DNA of 64,000 bases, taken from the NCBI RefSeq assembly GCF_006345805.1, contig NC_043019.1, forward strand, positions 24,551,360 through 24,615,359. The letters are read 5' to 3'. The position numbers and the translations under genes were made by a program. Source of the stretch: Octopus sinensis. Taxonomy: Eukaryota. This document shows, piece by piece, positions 36,784-51,529 of the stretch; within the stretch, counting starts at the first letter, position 1, and each line of letters starts with the position of its first letter. The notes beneath the pieces are model-generated. The model worked only from the letters and a program-made list of their open reading frames with translations. It was not told the DNA's origin and did not search any database.

Positions 36784-38651
36784 CTCTTTGCTCGGATAAA
36801 TTGCAGATTCTTTTGCTAATGCCTCTCGGTAGGGAGATGATTGCAGTGTCTATCTATACAACTAGTTTCCTCGTCAGGCTTTGTGTATCATCCAGAAAAT
36901 CGACCCTTTGTTACGTTGGTGGCAAAAGATATTTAGGTCAAATATGCAAGTATATGTGTGTGAGAGTTTTGAATCCGGGATGCATCTGTGATGTTCCGGT
37001 AAATACGAACAGATGACTTATTTTTCTCTATTATTCATCTGTATGTGAATATAGAATCCTATCGGATAATGCTAAATATGCATCTTGATGTAAAATATCC
37101 TGAAATGATTACTACTACTTGAAGATGATTACGAAACGGCTGTAATCATATGGAACTCATATAAAAAAAAATAAATCTACATTCAACTCACATACCTCTT
37201 GATTTTATGACTTTATATATAAATATATATACATAGGTATATATACATATATATACATTTATGTGTGTGTGGTGTGTGTGTGTGTGTGTATGTGTGTGTA
37301 TGTGTGTGTGTGTGTGTGTGTGCGTGTGTGATGTTAATGGACTAACATAAGGACAGAAGCATGGGAATACCAATTAAATACTTTGTGATAATTAGTTACA
37401 TCTCTTTACCTTCTAACCCCAAACATTCCGGTTCCTTGAGATCACTATCAACAGCATAGGAGGTAACTATATGCCTTCCTTTCATGGAGCTATTTATAAT
37501 CTGTTCGAATACACCAGAGATCAATGAAATGAAATTCAGCTACCGGGATCGATTAAGTCACTTATACACTGCCACACCCAAAATAGTCGGCCTTAGTGTG
37601 GTTGTCGTTCTTCCAACAGTGGAATAATAGAAACTGTAGAATAGAATATTTAGGTTCATCCTTTGATCTTGTAAGTGTAATCAACTACAGGTTCTACTTT
37701 GTCATTCGTTGCTTGGGAATCAACAAGTATATTACAATGCATGTACTCTAGAGGTACTAATAAAATCTTCTGTACACGTCAGAGAAGCTTTTTATTATTA
37801 TTGTTCATGATGCCATTGAGTGTTTTCTTTTGATGTGGTATTTACAAACACCTATTCGACAAATTTTTTGGAAGACATAGCAAGATATCTTTAAGTGAAA
37901 AAATACCTGCTTCTGAACAGTTTAGCTTCACGATGAGTACTGAATCTCTGCAACTACAACCAACCGACTAACACATTTCTACACCATTCATTCATTCAAC
38001 TTTACTGAAATGAATGAATGCAGCAGAGAAGTGATTTCATAACTAACGTTTCGATGGCGTGTGTCATATATTTAAAGCATCCAATGAACTTCTTCCTTAA
38101 CAACAAAGGCTGGATTTTAGAAGATCAGACAAGTTCCAAACAAACACTACTTTGCGATCTTAGATAAATAGGCAGAGAGATCTAACTGAGTTTTTAAAAC
38201 CCATTCACATCGCTTTATGATATATAATACGTTAGTGAGATAGCAGATGGAAAGAAAGGAAAAAGAAAATGCATACAACTTATACTACTACAATCATCAC
38301 TACTGCTACTACTACTACCACCACTGTTGCTGCTACTGCTACTTCTACTACTGCCGTTACTACTAAGACGACGACGATGACAACTACACCCACATACGTA
38401 TACACAAATATCAAAGGAAGTAATTTCATATGAACAAATTCACATTCCACTGAATGGTTAGTGTAACGTAGTATTTGCTAAGACAAAGCACAATATCGGA
38501 AGAGACCCAAATCTCTTCAGTGCAATATCAGAGAGTTGTCTTGAACTGTAATTCGGCATTTGAGGTAGAGATTACTAAGGTGGAAACATCTTTCGGACGT
38601 ATAGTGGATGTTGACACAGGGAACGATCACAATATAGTACATACATACATA

Positions 38652-38704
<53 letters not shown>

Positions 38705-38709
38705 CTTAC

Positions 38710-39094
38710 GGCACTCTGTCAGTTACGATGACGAGGGTTCCAGTTGATCCAATCAACGGAACAGCCTGCTCGTGAAATTAACGTGCAAGTGGCTGAGCAT
38801 TCCACAGACACGTGTACCCTAACGTAGTTCTCGGGGAGATTCAGCGTGACACAGAGTGTGACAAGGCTGGCCCATTGAAATACACGTACAATAGAGACAG
38901 GAAAAGAGAGTCAGAGAAAGTTGTGGCGAAAGAGTACAGCAGGGTTCGCCACCCCACCCCACCCCCACTGCCGGAGCTCCGTGGAGCTTTAAGTGTTTAC
39001 GCTCAATAAACACTCATAACGCCCGTTCTGGGAATCGAAACCGCGATCCTGTGACCGCCGCGAGTCCACTGCCCTAACCACTTGGCCATTGCAC

Positions 39095-39096
<2 letters not shown>
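38710..39096 (-). mobile_element. SINE family B copy
   Basis: Aligns with 35437-35820. Confidence 0.92.
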
Positions 39097-39142
<46 letters not shown>

Positions 39143-39244
39143 TGTAATTAGATCAGCTACTAAACGAAACTTCGGCAGACTATGATTGTTTGACAAACTG
39201 AACACACATACACACACTTATTCATGTCCATACACTGTATACAT

Positions 39245-39285
<41 letters not shown>

Positions 39286-40461
39286 TGCTTGCGTGCGATG
39301 TGTGTATGTGTGAATATGCAAGTGGGTGTGGAAATACAAGCTATTTTATTAATTTATTAATAAATAATTATTATTTTTGACTTGGTATAGAGTCAAATTT
39401 TATTATAGATGGGGGAGATCATTTGCAATACTCTAGCCGGTGTACGTACTTTATATCACAAAATATCAGAGGGTCTTATTTTTTTTATTCAATATTCTCC
39501 ACCCTAAATGATTTAGTATTATTAAAGTTATTCTAAATGACAGTTTCATTTTTCTTAAATCAATTAAAATTACATCACAGCATTAATTATAATTAGTTTC
39601 AAGTGTTGTTTCTGCGTCTAAAGAGGTAAACTCATATTAATATGCAAGAACTAAATTAAACGATAATCCCTAAATAATTGTTTAATTATTATGAAAAAGA
39701 GTTTCTTAATAAATTACATTTGCTACCTAATTATGCTGCTATGTATATCATATTAACACATTGTATGTGTAAGGAGTTCAAATTAGAATTACTTTCAATA
39801 AGGTTTATAAGTTAATACACCGATCAGGAATAACAAAGAGCAAATATCTATGAATATATATGCGCAAGGCGTGCGTGTATGAGTGCGCGCGTGTGTATGT
39901 GTAAGTGTAGGTGTGTGTATGTGTAAGTGTAGGTGTACGTATGTGTGTGCACGCGTGAGTGTGCCTGTAAGTGTGTGTAGGTGGGTATGTAAATTTGTGC
40001 AATTGATAGTATCCCCATAGAAGCCTATAAATATGCTGGGAAAATTCACGCTATAGACCAGCAATTTTTCAGAGCGTTGGCACCCTAGAAATCTTCCCTA
40101 GCAATCTAAGGAAGGATAAACAGTCACCATTTACATATGGAAGGTTGAACAACTATGGAAAGTTCAAATCTATCGAGGAATTTCACTGCACAAAATTTCA
40201 GAGAAAATTCTAACAAAAAACACCGCTCAAGATATTGCAAGCGAATTTTTTCAGAAAGTCAGCGTCGATTTGGTTTGTCTAAAAGCACCGATGCGAAGAT
40301 TTTGACCTCGTGACAAATCAAGGAAAATGTTGTAGATCAGCATGTACCATTTTCTGATTTTTCATTGCTTTTGGGTGGGCTTTCGATAGTGCTGAGTGCT
40401 ACTAATTTTTTTCTATACTGAGAGTCTCGGGATCAAACCTATTGACTGTATATATATATAT

Positions 40462-40493
<32 letters not shown>

Positions 40494-40749
40494 GGTAACA
40501 CACTTAGTCGCGTTAACAAAGGGATGTGGATTCGAGTTCCACGTGGATGGGAAAGCCTACTTTTTTCTGTCGAAGGCTTACATGCCCCATTATTAGACTA
40601 TTTTCCTTAGTCATTGCACAGTGATCGCCATAAGCTGTAAGCTTATATAAATACCATTATTATTTACCTCTGCTCCGTATAACAAAACCATTCGCACCGA
40701 AATATATATATAAGTTAAGTTCAACTGTCTAAAGTCGTAAGACACCCGC

Positions 40750-41045
40750 TGTTTTTGTCCTGTCATTACTATTATTGTTTTTGGTATTTATATTCGTGTG
40801 GCATCGCCCGTTTTTCTGTCCTTGTTTCGTATACATTCGATCATTTTTCCAAGAAATCTAATGCTCGTAGCTTAGTTTTTCCTTGGGGCTGGCTGGTCGG
40901 ATCGGAGCGATCTCAAGATTAATCAGCCGAAATTGCAAGGATGATCCGGTTCTTGACTGAAGATTAGAGGCTTCGAATGACCCGTCCGTTTTTGTGTCGT
41001 CTATTTGAGTGTTTTGCCGTCTTGTCCCATTTTGTATTTTTTGTA
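40750..41045 (+). repeat. Diverged relative of the 3' part of the triplicated 780-bp unit, ending in (TA)n
   Basis: Shares TATACATTCGA..ATCTCAAGATTAATCAGCCGAAATTGC..GGTTCTTGACTGA..GGCTTCGAATG with 11880-12030. Confidence 0.88.
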
Positions 41046-41049
41046 TATA

Positions 41050-41101
<52 letters not shown>

Positions 41102-41399
41102 ATATAATATAATATAAAAAAATATATAATATATAGCAATATATAGACATACATATGTACATACATATTTATGCATATAGCTGTGCATATATCGGTACAA
41201 GACGTCACGAAAAGGTAAACAAACATGAAATACGAAAACAACGTTGGGTACGCAAAGAACGTGTTGGTGGGGGCTACAAGTTGGTGTGCGTGTGTGCATG
41301 TGAGCATCTTTGCTTTTGTGCATGCTTACATAAAAGACTACGTTTTATGGGAATTATAATTACAGTTATACGAACATAATATATATATGTGTGTGTTGG

Positions 41400-41430
<31 letters not shown>

Positions 41431-42458
41431 TACCTACCGTCATCTACTAAAAGTCCTTGACGTTAAAGTATGACGATAGGGTTAGACAGAGATGTTTTCT
41501 TTGGTCACATGGAGAAAAGAGTTACCAAGGAAAGTTATAAAGACATCCTAAAGAAATTCCTTGATGTCTGTAACGTAGTCTACTGCAGCAGAGCATACGA
41601 CAGTCGGTCTCCTCCTTCGAGAATATGCATAGCCGTGCTTTTGAGGAGGAAAGAAGACTGAGGAAAGAACCGTGACTCAGCAACATGGAGCTCTGAACAG
41701 AATTTCCTTTGGAATCCTTGCAGCTGGGTCTGCCTCTCCCGTGTTGTTCTCGTCAACCACTAACAAACCTGCAGACCATGATGTAATAGGTCTCGAGGAG
41801 GAAACACTGTCTGCGGCCTTTGCAGGAACTTGTAGCCTTGTGTGACTGATGCCATTGATGTTCTGCTTGAAACGTTTCAAATGAACCCCGGTTAAGACAT
41901 AAATGAAAAAAAATCCCAGAGAACCGACATCTGGGAAGAAGTGGTCGGATGCAATGTTTAGTATAGGGCTATGTGCGTGGTACGAGAAGGACTGTTGAGA
42001 GGACCATTAACATCACTCAATTAATTTAAAGAATATAAGCGTTATACATGAACTACTTGATTTTCGCACAAGATAATGCAGTATTCGGACGTGCTTGTAT
42101 AGCGTACCGTTCATCATACACTATACATGCCCGTCACGTAAGTCTCTGAGAAAGGAGTTTTGAAATTAACCGTCCAAAAATTGAAACTTTAGCGACAATG
42201 TCTGCTCTAACCCTTTTGGGCTCGCCTGCTGTAAAATACTCTACAACACCACAAATAAATATTTATCCTGAAAATAAGGCCAGGGAAACTGCAAGAGACT
42301 TTTACGAAAATAGGGTAAGTTAAAAAGAAAAGCCTATAACAGCTGTGATTCCACACACAGAACATATGTTCATAAGTAAAGATGTTCTCCCCATATGTAC
42401 ACACATAACATGCATACATATATATATTATATATATATTTATATATAATATATATATA

Positions 42459-42501
<43 letters not shown>

Positions 42502-42924
42502 TATACATATATATATACGTACAGAAACATTCACGCACGCACACAGACACACACCACACACACACACATACACACATGTTCGCACGTATACACAGACACA
42601 TTTGGATCTGTGTTTTGTGTGGTTTGGACGTGGTTAAAAGTAGAATACGTACATTTCTATGACGTCAAAGCTGATTTACGTCATAAGACTAAGGACTGCA
42701 AATCTAAGATTGGTAACTCTGACCGGATTTATGTTTTGGGAGCACGTCTATGTCCTGACGCTTAATAGACACTCATACGCAGCCCCCCCCCACACACACA
42801 CACACACACAACACACAAACACACATACACGTATACATACATTCATATACTAATATATGTACTGGCAAATGGAATACATGCACATTAAGAGGAGATGGAT
42901 AGAGACGTTTACTGATATTTAGAG

Positions 42925-43500
42925 ACATACATACATACATACATACATACGTAAAATACATACATACATACATAAATACATACATACATGCATACATACA
43001 TACATAAATACATACATACATAAATACATACATACAGGCATACATACATAAATACATACATACATACATACATAAATACATACATACATACATAAATACA
43101 TACATACATACATACATACATAAATACATACATACAGGCATACATACATAAATACATACATACATACATAAATACATACATACATACATAAATACATTCA
43201 TAATACATACATACATAATACATACATACATACATGCGTACATAAATACAACATACATAGATAACATACATACATAAATACATACATACATACATACATA
43301 CATAAATACATATACATATAAAAAATCATACATACATACAACATACATACGTACATACATAAATACATACATACATACATACATACATACATAAATACAT
43401 ACATACATACATGCGTACATAAATACATACATACATACATACATACATACATACATAAATACATACATACATAAATACATACATACATACATACATACAT
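42925..43500. repeat. Complex (CATA)n array with TAAATA/CAGG/CGTA variants
   Basis: Direct inspection; explains the MYVC-repeat ORFs. Confidence 0.95.
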
Positions 43501-43757
43501 ATGTGAAAGAAGTATAGGTTACATATATGCTTGCTTACATGCATGCATACATGCATGCATACATGCATGCATACACTCCACCACGTGTACATGCACAAAT
43601 TTGTGCATACTTAATTAAATACATACAAATATAGAAACGAACCTACACACAAACATGCATGCATAAAAAACATCCGGATGTTCTATAAAAAGCCCCAAAC
43701 CCAAACAAAACACGGCTTCTGTAAATGTACGTACGTTAATTCGTTCCACATACGCGT

Positions 43758-43872
<115 letters not shown>

Positions 43873-44354
43873 CTCACACATATATGTCCATTTATTTATT
43901 TATGTGCGTATGCCTACATCTACATGTACTTTCACACGAATACAAATGTGTGCTAATGGACACTGTGTGCGTATGTTATATATATATATAATATGTAATA
44001 AAATAGAACATATGCATATATATAAACTATATGTAATACATACCTCTACATGTACATATACACGCATATATGTGTACAGGACACCAAAAAGACGTCGAAC
44101 ACATAGAGAGACGAAACATATAGACACAATCAAGGAACAAGACAAGCAAAAAATAGATATACAGGACAATAAGCAAACGAAAAATCCCCTTTTCAGTCGC
44201 TAAGGTTTCATCTACTAAACGTTGTGAAGGATAAAATATTAGTGATATATATATATATGTGCTTATATTTTTTTTATATATATATTATATATAGTATATA
44301 GTATATATATGTAGTGATATATATATATATCTTTATCTATGTACGTATATATAT

Positions 44355-44388
<34 letters not shown>

Positions 44389-44399
44389 ATATATATATA

Positions 44400-44438
<39 letters not shown>

Positions 44439-44622
44439 GTATAGATATATTAAAGAGAGAATATATATCCTAAATACGTTATCATGTGTTTGTAAAATTA
44501 GTGATTCTTCTGTGGTTGTAGGAGTATTTTGACTTCTATTTTTAGCGAAGCATGTACGTACGTACACATCACATATATATACATAATAATGATATATATA
44601 TATATTATATCTATATATATAT

Positions 44623-44705
<83 letters not shown>

Positions 44706-45698
44706 GGTGTGGTGTTGTGTATACATATATACACACGCACACAAACACACATGTAAATATGAGTCTCTCCCTTGTGACTCTCTCCCAATATCTATATTAT
44801 CTCTTTACACACACACACACATATATATATATATTATATATACACGCTATACCTTTAAACCTAAATACAACACGTGTGGTGTTAGCAGATTTCTTTACTA
44901 AATAGTCTTTGCTTAAACGAAGATTTAAAAATTTATCATAAATTCACATATATTTATAACAGTCATATTCTACTTATATAACATTTATATTGCTGCCATA
45001 ATGTTTCCACGGTTATGTTAGAAAGAACTTAATTTCATGGACGAATAATTTTATCAATAATAAATGGATACATGAGAGAAAATAAACTATAATTTTTGTC
45101 CCGCTTTCCCCCCACGCACTCACACACTCACACACAAAAATACAAATACAACAGTCATATGACACAAAAAAACCATGGCTGTACACATATATATATAATA
45201 TCTATATATATATATATATCTATTTATATATATAATATATACATATATATGCTATATATATATGTATATTATATATATATAATATTTTTATGTATATATT
45301 ATTGTGCGTGTCTATATAAAATTATATATATAATTTTAATCACTGTTATTCATATATAAACATATATATATATCATATATATATATATATATATATATGT
45401 ACGCTTATATAAATAAAGATACATGTGTAATTATGTATATATTAATGTGTATGTATGTATATGTACTATATATATATATGTTTATGTGTATATATACAAA
45501 TATATACCTATACATAGACAAATATATGTATATATATATATATATATATACATACACACACACATTATCTTGGCCTAAGTATCTATATGCAGGTGTTTTT
45601 ATGCTTGCGTTATTTGAACGTAACTTTATATAATCACGTGGTTATGTACTCTACATTCATAAGCACTTGTATACACATATATATGTACGCGTGCGTGA

Positions 45699-45740
<42 letters not shown>

Positions 45741-46413
45741 CTATGTGTGTGTGTGTATGCAACCACACGATCACTGCACATGTGAAAATAATATTTTCAG
45801 TTTTATACCACACCCCATGCCCATTCTGCTTATAGTTGAATAAATCTAGAGTCTAGAACCTTACCGATCGCTTCAAATGCTGTATCGCCCCAGCAATACC
45901 TATTAATATCTCTCCCTGTGAATGCATAACTTCAATAGCCACTGCTGCCTCTCAAGGACTTTAATTCCTCTTCAGAGCTAAAAGATTAATTTAGCCCCCA
46001 ACTACTTGTAGAAAGCTCACGATGGGGTGCAATGCCCGATATCTACTGCCTTCATATCCAACATTGTGCTACTGTAACACATATCAACATCAGACTATAT
46101 TCACAGCGAGGATATTTCTCTGATATAAAGCCTCTCACACACTCGCTTTAACCTCTCTGCTTTCTTGATGTTCAGCAACTTCAATGTATTCATCTTGCAT
46201 GCTCTTCTTAAGCATATTGTCCAGGCCTTTCCCTAACGTTGTACTCAATTCTTCTTGTACAGAATTTCTCTCCTCTAAAATATCTTCCATGCAAAGAGTT
46301 TTCCTGCAATCATCTGCAATTATATCAGCGAAATCATAACGCCATGAATGTCACATGTTTCGGAGAGTTTGGAAACAGCATGAGCAAAGTTTCGTTCTCA
46401 TTGCCTTAACCCT

Positions 46414-46454
<41 letters not shown>

Positions 46455-46865
46455 TGCACGCACGCACACGCACACACACATTATAAGCTGCATCGACTGA
46501 CGATACATCGGATTCATTTCTTAAACATTTATGTCTGGCTTTTAACCAAGAGAAGTGGTTCGGTGGTGTCGAACTTTACTCTGATGAATTTGAACCTAAG
46601 TCACACAGTTTTCCAGTTGGCAGGTCGACAGTGAGTGCCAGTCCCTGCAAATATTTTCCCGCCCCTCAGCTGAATGCCTCCTGCTTGTTCCAGAACTAGC
46701 AAGATTCTCTTTTCGCAGCCAATAACCGTTTTCGTCTTCCTCTCCCTGAGCTGTTAGTATCTGGTATACATGCCGGACCGGAAATGGTCAGACCTGCCAA
46801 CCTTTATTTTATATCATCGAATCAGATCCTGGTACTTTGTAACTGTCACTATATATATATATATA

Positions 46866-47048
46866 CTTTATTTTAAGCAGCAGAAAATTCAACAAAATCT
46901 GTTACTCTGAGTTTCTCGTTGCCGTTCATCAGACAGTTTTTGCTAGAATTGATATATCGGTTCCATTCTAGCAAAAACTGTCTGATGAACGGCAACGAGA
47001 AACTCAGAGTAACAGATTTTGTTGAATTTTCTGCTGCTTAAAATAAAG
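46866..47048. repeat. Perfect 84-bp inverted repeat, 15-nt spacer
   Basis: 46866-46949 is the reverse complement of 46965-47048. Confidence 0.97.
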
Positions 47049-47125
47049 CATATTACTCTACCACTGGTATTTGAGTACTCTTTTTTCCACCTTGTTTCAC
47101 ATTTATGTGTTTACTCCGGTATTAT
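46965..47125 (+). mobile_element. pLTR-like repeat with hammerhead-like motif (46978-47015); related fragment at 49596-49670 (-)
   Basis: CTGT-CTGATGA-ACG(GCAA)CGA-GAAA-CTC(A)GAG-TA-ACAG; downstream ATTACTCTACC..GGTATTTGAGTACTCTTTTTT shared with the 49.6-kb copy. Confidence 0.6.
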
Positions 47126-47127
47126 AT

Positions 47128-47158
<31 letters not shown>

Positions 47159-47719
47159 CTCTTCCTCCCTCCCTCTCTCTCCCTCACTCACTCCCTCTAT
47201 CTCTCTCTCTTTCTCTGTCTCACCTTCTCTACGACACGCCAAGGACTCGCTGGTGGGTCGGATCTATGATTATATATTGGATTTGGTACTTGTATCGGCT
47301 TATGCAAAGGCGACTTCAAAAGTCGCTATGCTAACGGCCTATCTTCTTTCTGACACATGGACAAAAGTAAAGCCATTCGCCACGTGTAGGTTTTGTAGAC
47401 CAACTCCACGCCACATTCAACCATGTAGGAATTCATAGAAAAATGCATGTCTTATGTTCACGGATACAAAAAAAAAACAATTTAAGTTATGCGTAGCTGA
47501 AAGATCATATATATCTAAGAATTCCATCGCACTGCTGAATTCCATATCAGAGGCTTCAGCAAGTGCGAATATGTGGAAAAGTTTCTTTTGGTGAACTGGA
47601 GAACCCTACCATCTCCGAGGCTTAATATTGCTCGTGATATTCTGGTGGTGTTGTGATTGTGTGAGGATGGCCATAATTATGATAGGGGTTAAGATGACAC
47701 AAATAGTATCTATATCATT

Positions 47720-47757
<38 letters not shown>

Positions 47758-47874
47758 TATCATCATCATCATCATCATCATCATCATTATCATCATCATC
47801 ATCATCATCATCATCCCCCTTATCATCATTATCATAATCGTCGTCGTCGTCATCATCTCTATCACCAACAACAT

Positions 47875-48017
47875 CGTCGCAACTCATTTCTACAGATGAA
47901 TGAACTGGAGCAACGTAAAAAAAAAGGGGCTTGCTCAAGAACACAACACACAGCCCAGTCTGGGAATCGAACTCACAACATCATGATTGTGAGCCCGGCG
48001 TTTTAACCACTGAGTCA
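47875..48017 (-). mobile_element. tRNA-derived SINE family C, 5' part
   Basis: Minus-strand TGACTCAGTGGTTAAAAC..GAGTTCGATTCCCAGAC head; CGCAACTC junction shared with 63798-64000. Confidence 0.75.
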
Positions 48018-48116
48018 TAATAACATTTAATAAAGGTACGTATTTAATAATGATAATGCAGGTCGATTATGATGAAAATAGTGAAAAAGATGGTGAAAGT
48101 GATCCTGAAAATATCT

Positions 48117-48346
48117 ATTTCTTTACTACCCACAAGGGGCTAAACATAGAGGGGGCAAACAAGGACAGATAAACGGATTAAGTCGATTTCATCGACCCCA
48201 GTGCGTAACTGGTACTTAATTTATCGACCCCGAAAGGATGAAAGGCAAAGTCGACCTCGGCGGAATTTGAACCCAGAACGCAACGGTAGACGAAATACGG
48301 CTACGCATTTCGCCCGGCGTGCTAACGTTTCTGCCAGCTCGCCGCC
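48117..48346 (-). mobile_element. tRNA-derived SINE family D with 17-bp target-site duplication
   Basis: Head GGCGGCGAGCTGGCAGAA..GGGTTCAAATTCC, central CTTTCATCCTTTCGGGGTCGATAAATTAAGTACC; GTGATCCTGAAAATATC at 48099-48115 and 48351-48367. Confidence 0.92.
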
Positions 48347-48903
48347 AATGGTGATCCTGAAAATATCGTTGATGTTCATGATGTGGTTGTTGCTGCTGTT
48401 GAGGAGGAGGAGAAGGTGTGGGAAGCAGGAGGATGAACGTGAAATCGTTAGTGATGTAATGCCGACGGTTTGATGCTAATAATATTTGGTAGGTTGTTAC
48501 TGAAAATGACGACGATAACGAGGCGGGGATTACCATGAAGGTTACAGTATATGTTCAGAGAATGAGGTGCTGATAATGGTCACAGCGGAAGTAACAAGTT
48601 TAACGACCTTGTTGATGCCTGTGTTAAAATGTCAGCGACACTGATAAGAGCGATGACATTTTTGTTTGTTTATTATTGTTTCTATCATGCAGCGTGGAGT
48701 CAGAGATTAGATGCAAACCATTTTAAATACAACACGCGATAAACGGTGCCCAGATGAAAAGAGAGTTCTGAAGAGGAGTGCCCACTGCTAAACTTATTCC
48801 GATTCAGTGCAATGGTGTGTGCAATAGATACGTATCTTCTATATATATTTTTCGAGGCATTTATAGGAGAAAAGACGTAGTTTTGTTAATACCCATACAC
48901 ACA

Positions 48904-49255
48904 GGCGCAGGAGTGGCCGTGTGGTAAGTAGCTTGTTTGCCAACCACATGGTTCCGGGTTCAGTCCCACTGCGTGGCACCTTGGGCAAGTGTCCTCTACT
49001 ATAGCCTCGGGCCGACCAAAGCCTTGTGAGTGGATTTGCGTGTGTGTGTTTTTGTGTCTGTGTTTGTCCCCCTAGCATTGCTTGAAAACCAATGCTGGTG
49101 TGTTTATGTCTCCGTTACTTAGCGGTTCGGCAAAAGAGACCGATAGAATAAGTACTGGGCTTACAAAAGAATAAGTCCTGGGGTCGAGTTGCTCGATTAA
49201 AGTCGGTGCTCCAGCATGGCCGCAGTCAAATGACTGAAACAAGTAAAAGAGTAAA
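48904..49255 (+). mobile_element. SINE family A, young copy with internal deletion
   Basis: GGCGCAGGAGTGGCCGTGTGGTAAG..GGTTCAGTCCC..CCTTGGGCAAGTG..ACTGAAACAAGTAAAAGAGTAAA. Confidence 0.93.
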
Positions 49256-49324
49256 CAAGTATTTACATAAGAACGGAAGTCCATGTATTTGTGCACGTAT
49301 GCATGCATATATATGTACATACAC

Positions 49325-49385
<61 letters not shown>

Positions 49386-49496
49386 TATATGTATGTATGT
49401 ATATATATATACATACATGTATATATATATATATTATATATATATAATATAATATATATATATATAGATATATCATATAAATATATCGTATAGTAT

Positions 49497-49551
<55 letters not shown>

Positions 49552-49773
49552 TATATATATATATATATATAATATACGCGATATAACACATATACCCGAG
49601 TAACAACATAATGTGAAACAAGGTGAAAAAAGAGTACTCAAATACCAGAGGTAGAGTAATGTTTTTTTGAAACATTGCGCTAGACAAAACTTGCCTCTCT
49701 AATCTCACTTTCCTTTTCAAGTGATACTTGAAGAAGTTGATGAGAGGTTACCAAGAGGAAAGTGTTTGTCTCC

Positions 49774-49812
<39 letters not shown>

Positions 49813-49813
49813 C

Positions 49814-49852
<39 letters not shown>

Positions 49853-49959
49853 GATGATAGATGAAGATAGATAGATAGATAGATAGATGGATGGATGGAT
49901 GGATTGGATGATGGATGGATTGATGGATGGATGTGGATGATGGATGGATGGATGGATGC

Positions 49960-50087
49960 ATTCTACCAAATGCACTGACAAGGCTTTGGTCGGTCCGAGG
50001 CTGTAGTAGAGGACACTTGCCTTAAGACTAAACCTGGGACCATGAGGTCGGGAAGTAAACTTCCTGCCACACTGCCACACCTGCACT
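49960..50087 (-). mobile_element. SINE family A 5' fragment
   Basis: Reverse complement of head/core with a deletion. Confidence 0.8.
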
Positions 50088-50177
50088 TACATATACATAC
50101 ATACATACATACATATATACATACATAAAATACATACATACATACATAAATACATACATACATACATATATACATAG

Positions 50178-50225
<48 letters not shown>

Positions 50226-50271
50226 GCAGACATACATATAATACATGCATCATCTATACATACATCATACA

Positions 50272-50306
<35 letters not shown>

Positions 50307-50556
50307 GCTTACATACATACATACATATATATAATATATATATACATACATACATACATATATGCATGTATGTATGTATGTATTATGTATGTATGTATGT
50401 ATGCATGTATGTATATATATACATACATGCATACATTCTTACATACATACCTACATACATACATACATATATATATTATATATATATATACATACATACA
50501 TACATATATATACACACATACATATATATATATATATGTGCGCGCGCGTGTGTGTG

Positions 50557-50587
<31 letters not shown>

Positions 50588-51073
50588 ATATATGTATGTA
50601 CACACACGCATACACACACACGCGCATACACACATATATACACATATATACATATCGTATATATTCAATTTCTGATCTTTTAAATCCATCATTTTTAACT
50701 ATATTCATTCATTTCGACACATATACATAATTGTCTAATCCATCTCTTTATATACAAACCTTTCGAAGTGTGCGTTTGAGTGAGTCTGCGTGAATGTGTC
50801 AGAGAGGGGACGGGTATGTAGTAAACCACAATCTATACACTGGAATTCCTGTGTGTCTATCTGTGTCTGATAAGTAGGGAAACATGCACCGTATACAATT
50901 ATCTCTACCAACTAGCATACATATGTGTGTACACATATATATACCCATATGTGTTGTGTATGTAGCGAGAGAGAGAGAGAGAGAGAGAAGAGAGATACGT
51001 TTATATATATATATAGATATATATATATATATATAATATATATATACTCTTATATATATATATATATATGTAT

Positions 51074-51105
<32 letters not shown>

Positions 51106-51213
51106 AGTATGTATGTATGTATTTATGTATATATAGATACATATATGTGTGTGTGTATATATTATATATATATGTCTATATAATATATATATATATAATA
51201 TATATATATATAG

Positions 51214-51253
<40 letters not shown>

Positions 51254-51529
51254 TACATATACATACATACCTATATTTAATATTTATGTATATATGTACA
51301 AGTACGTACATTCATGCATATAAACCATGTATATATATATGTATACACACACACACACACACATTTATATATGTATATACAAATACATCCACACACACAC
51401 ACATACATGCTTATATGCACATTGTTATTGTTATATTTCCTATAAAAATAATATCAAGTAGAAACATTCGCGCGCGCACGAAGGATATCCAAGACTATTT
51501 AACATAATTTATGTTTAAACATAATTCTG

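Noticed and set aside
36855-36880. Minus-strand CTGACGA-G-GAAA-CTAG-T hammerhead-like string
   Set aside because: Stem II absent and stem I does not pair; likely chance.
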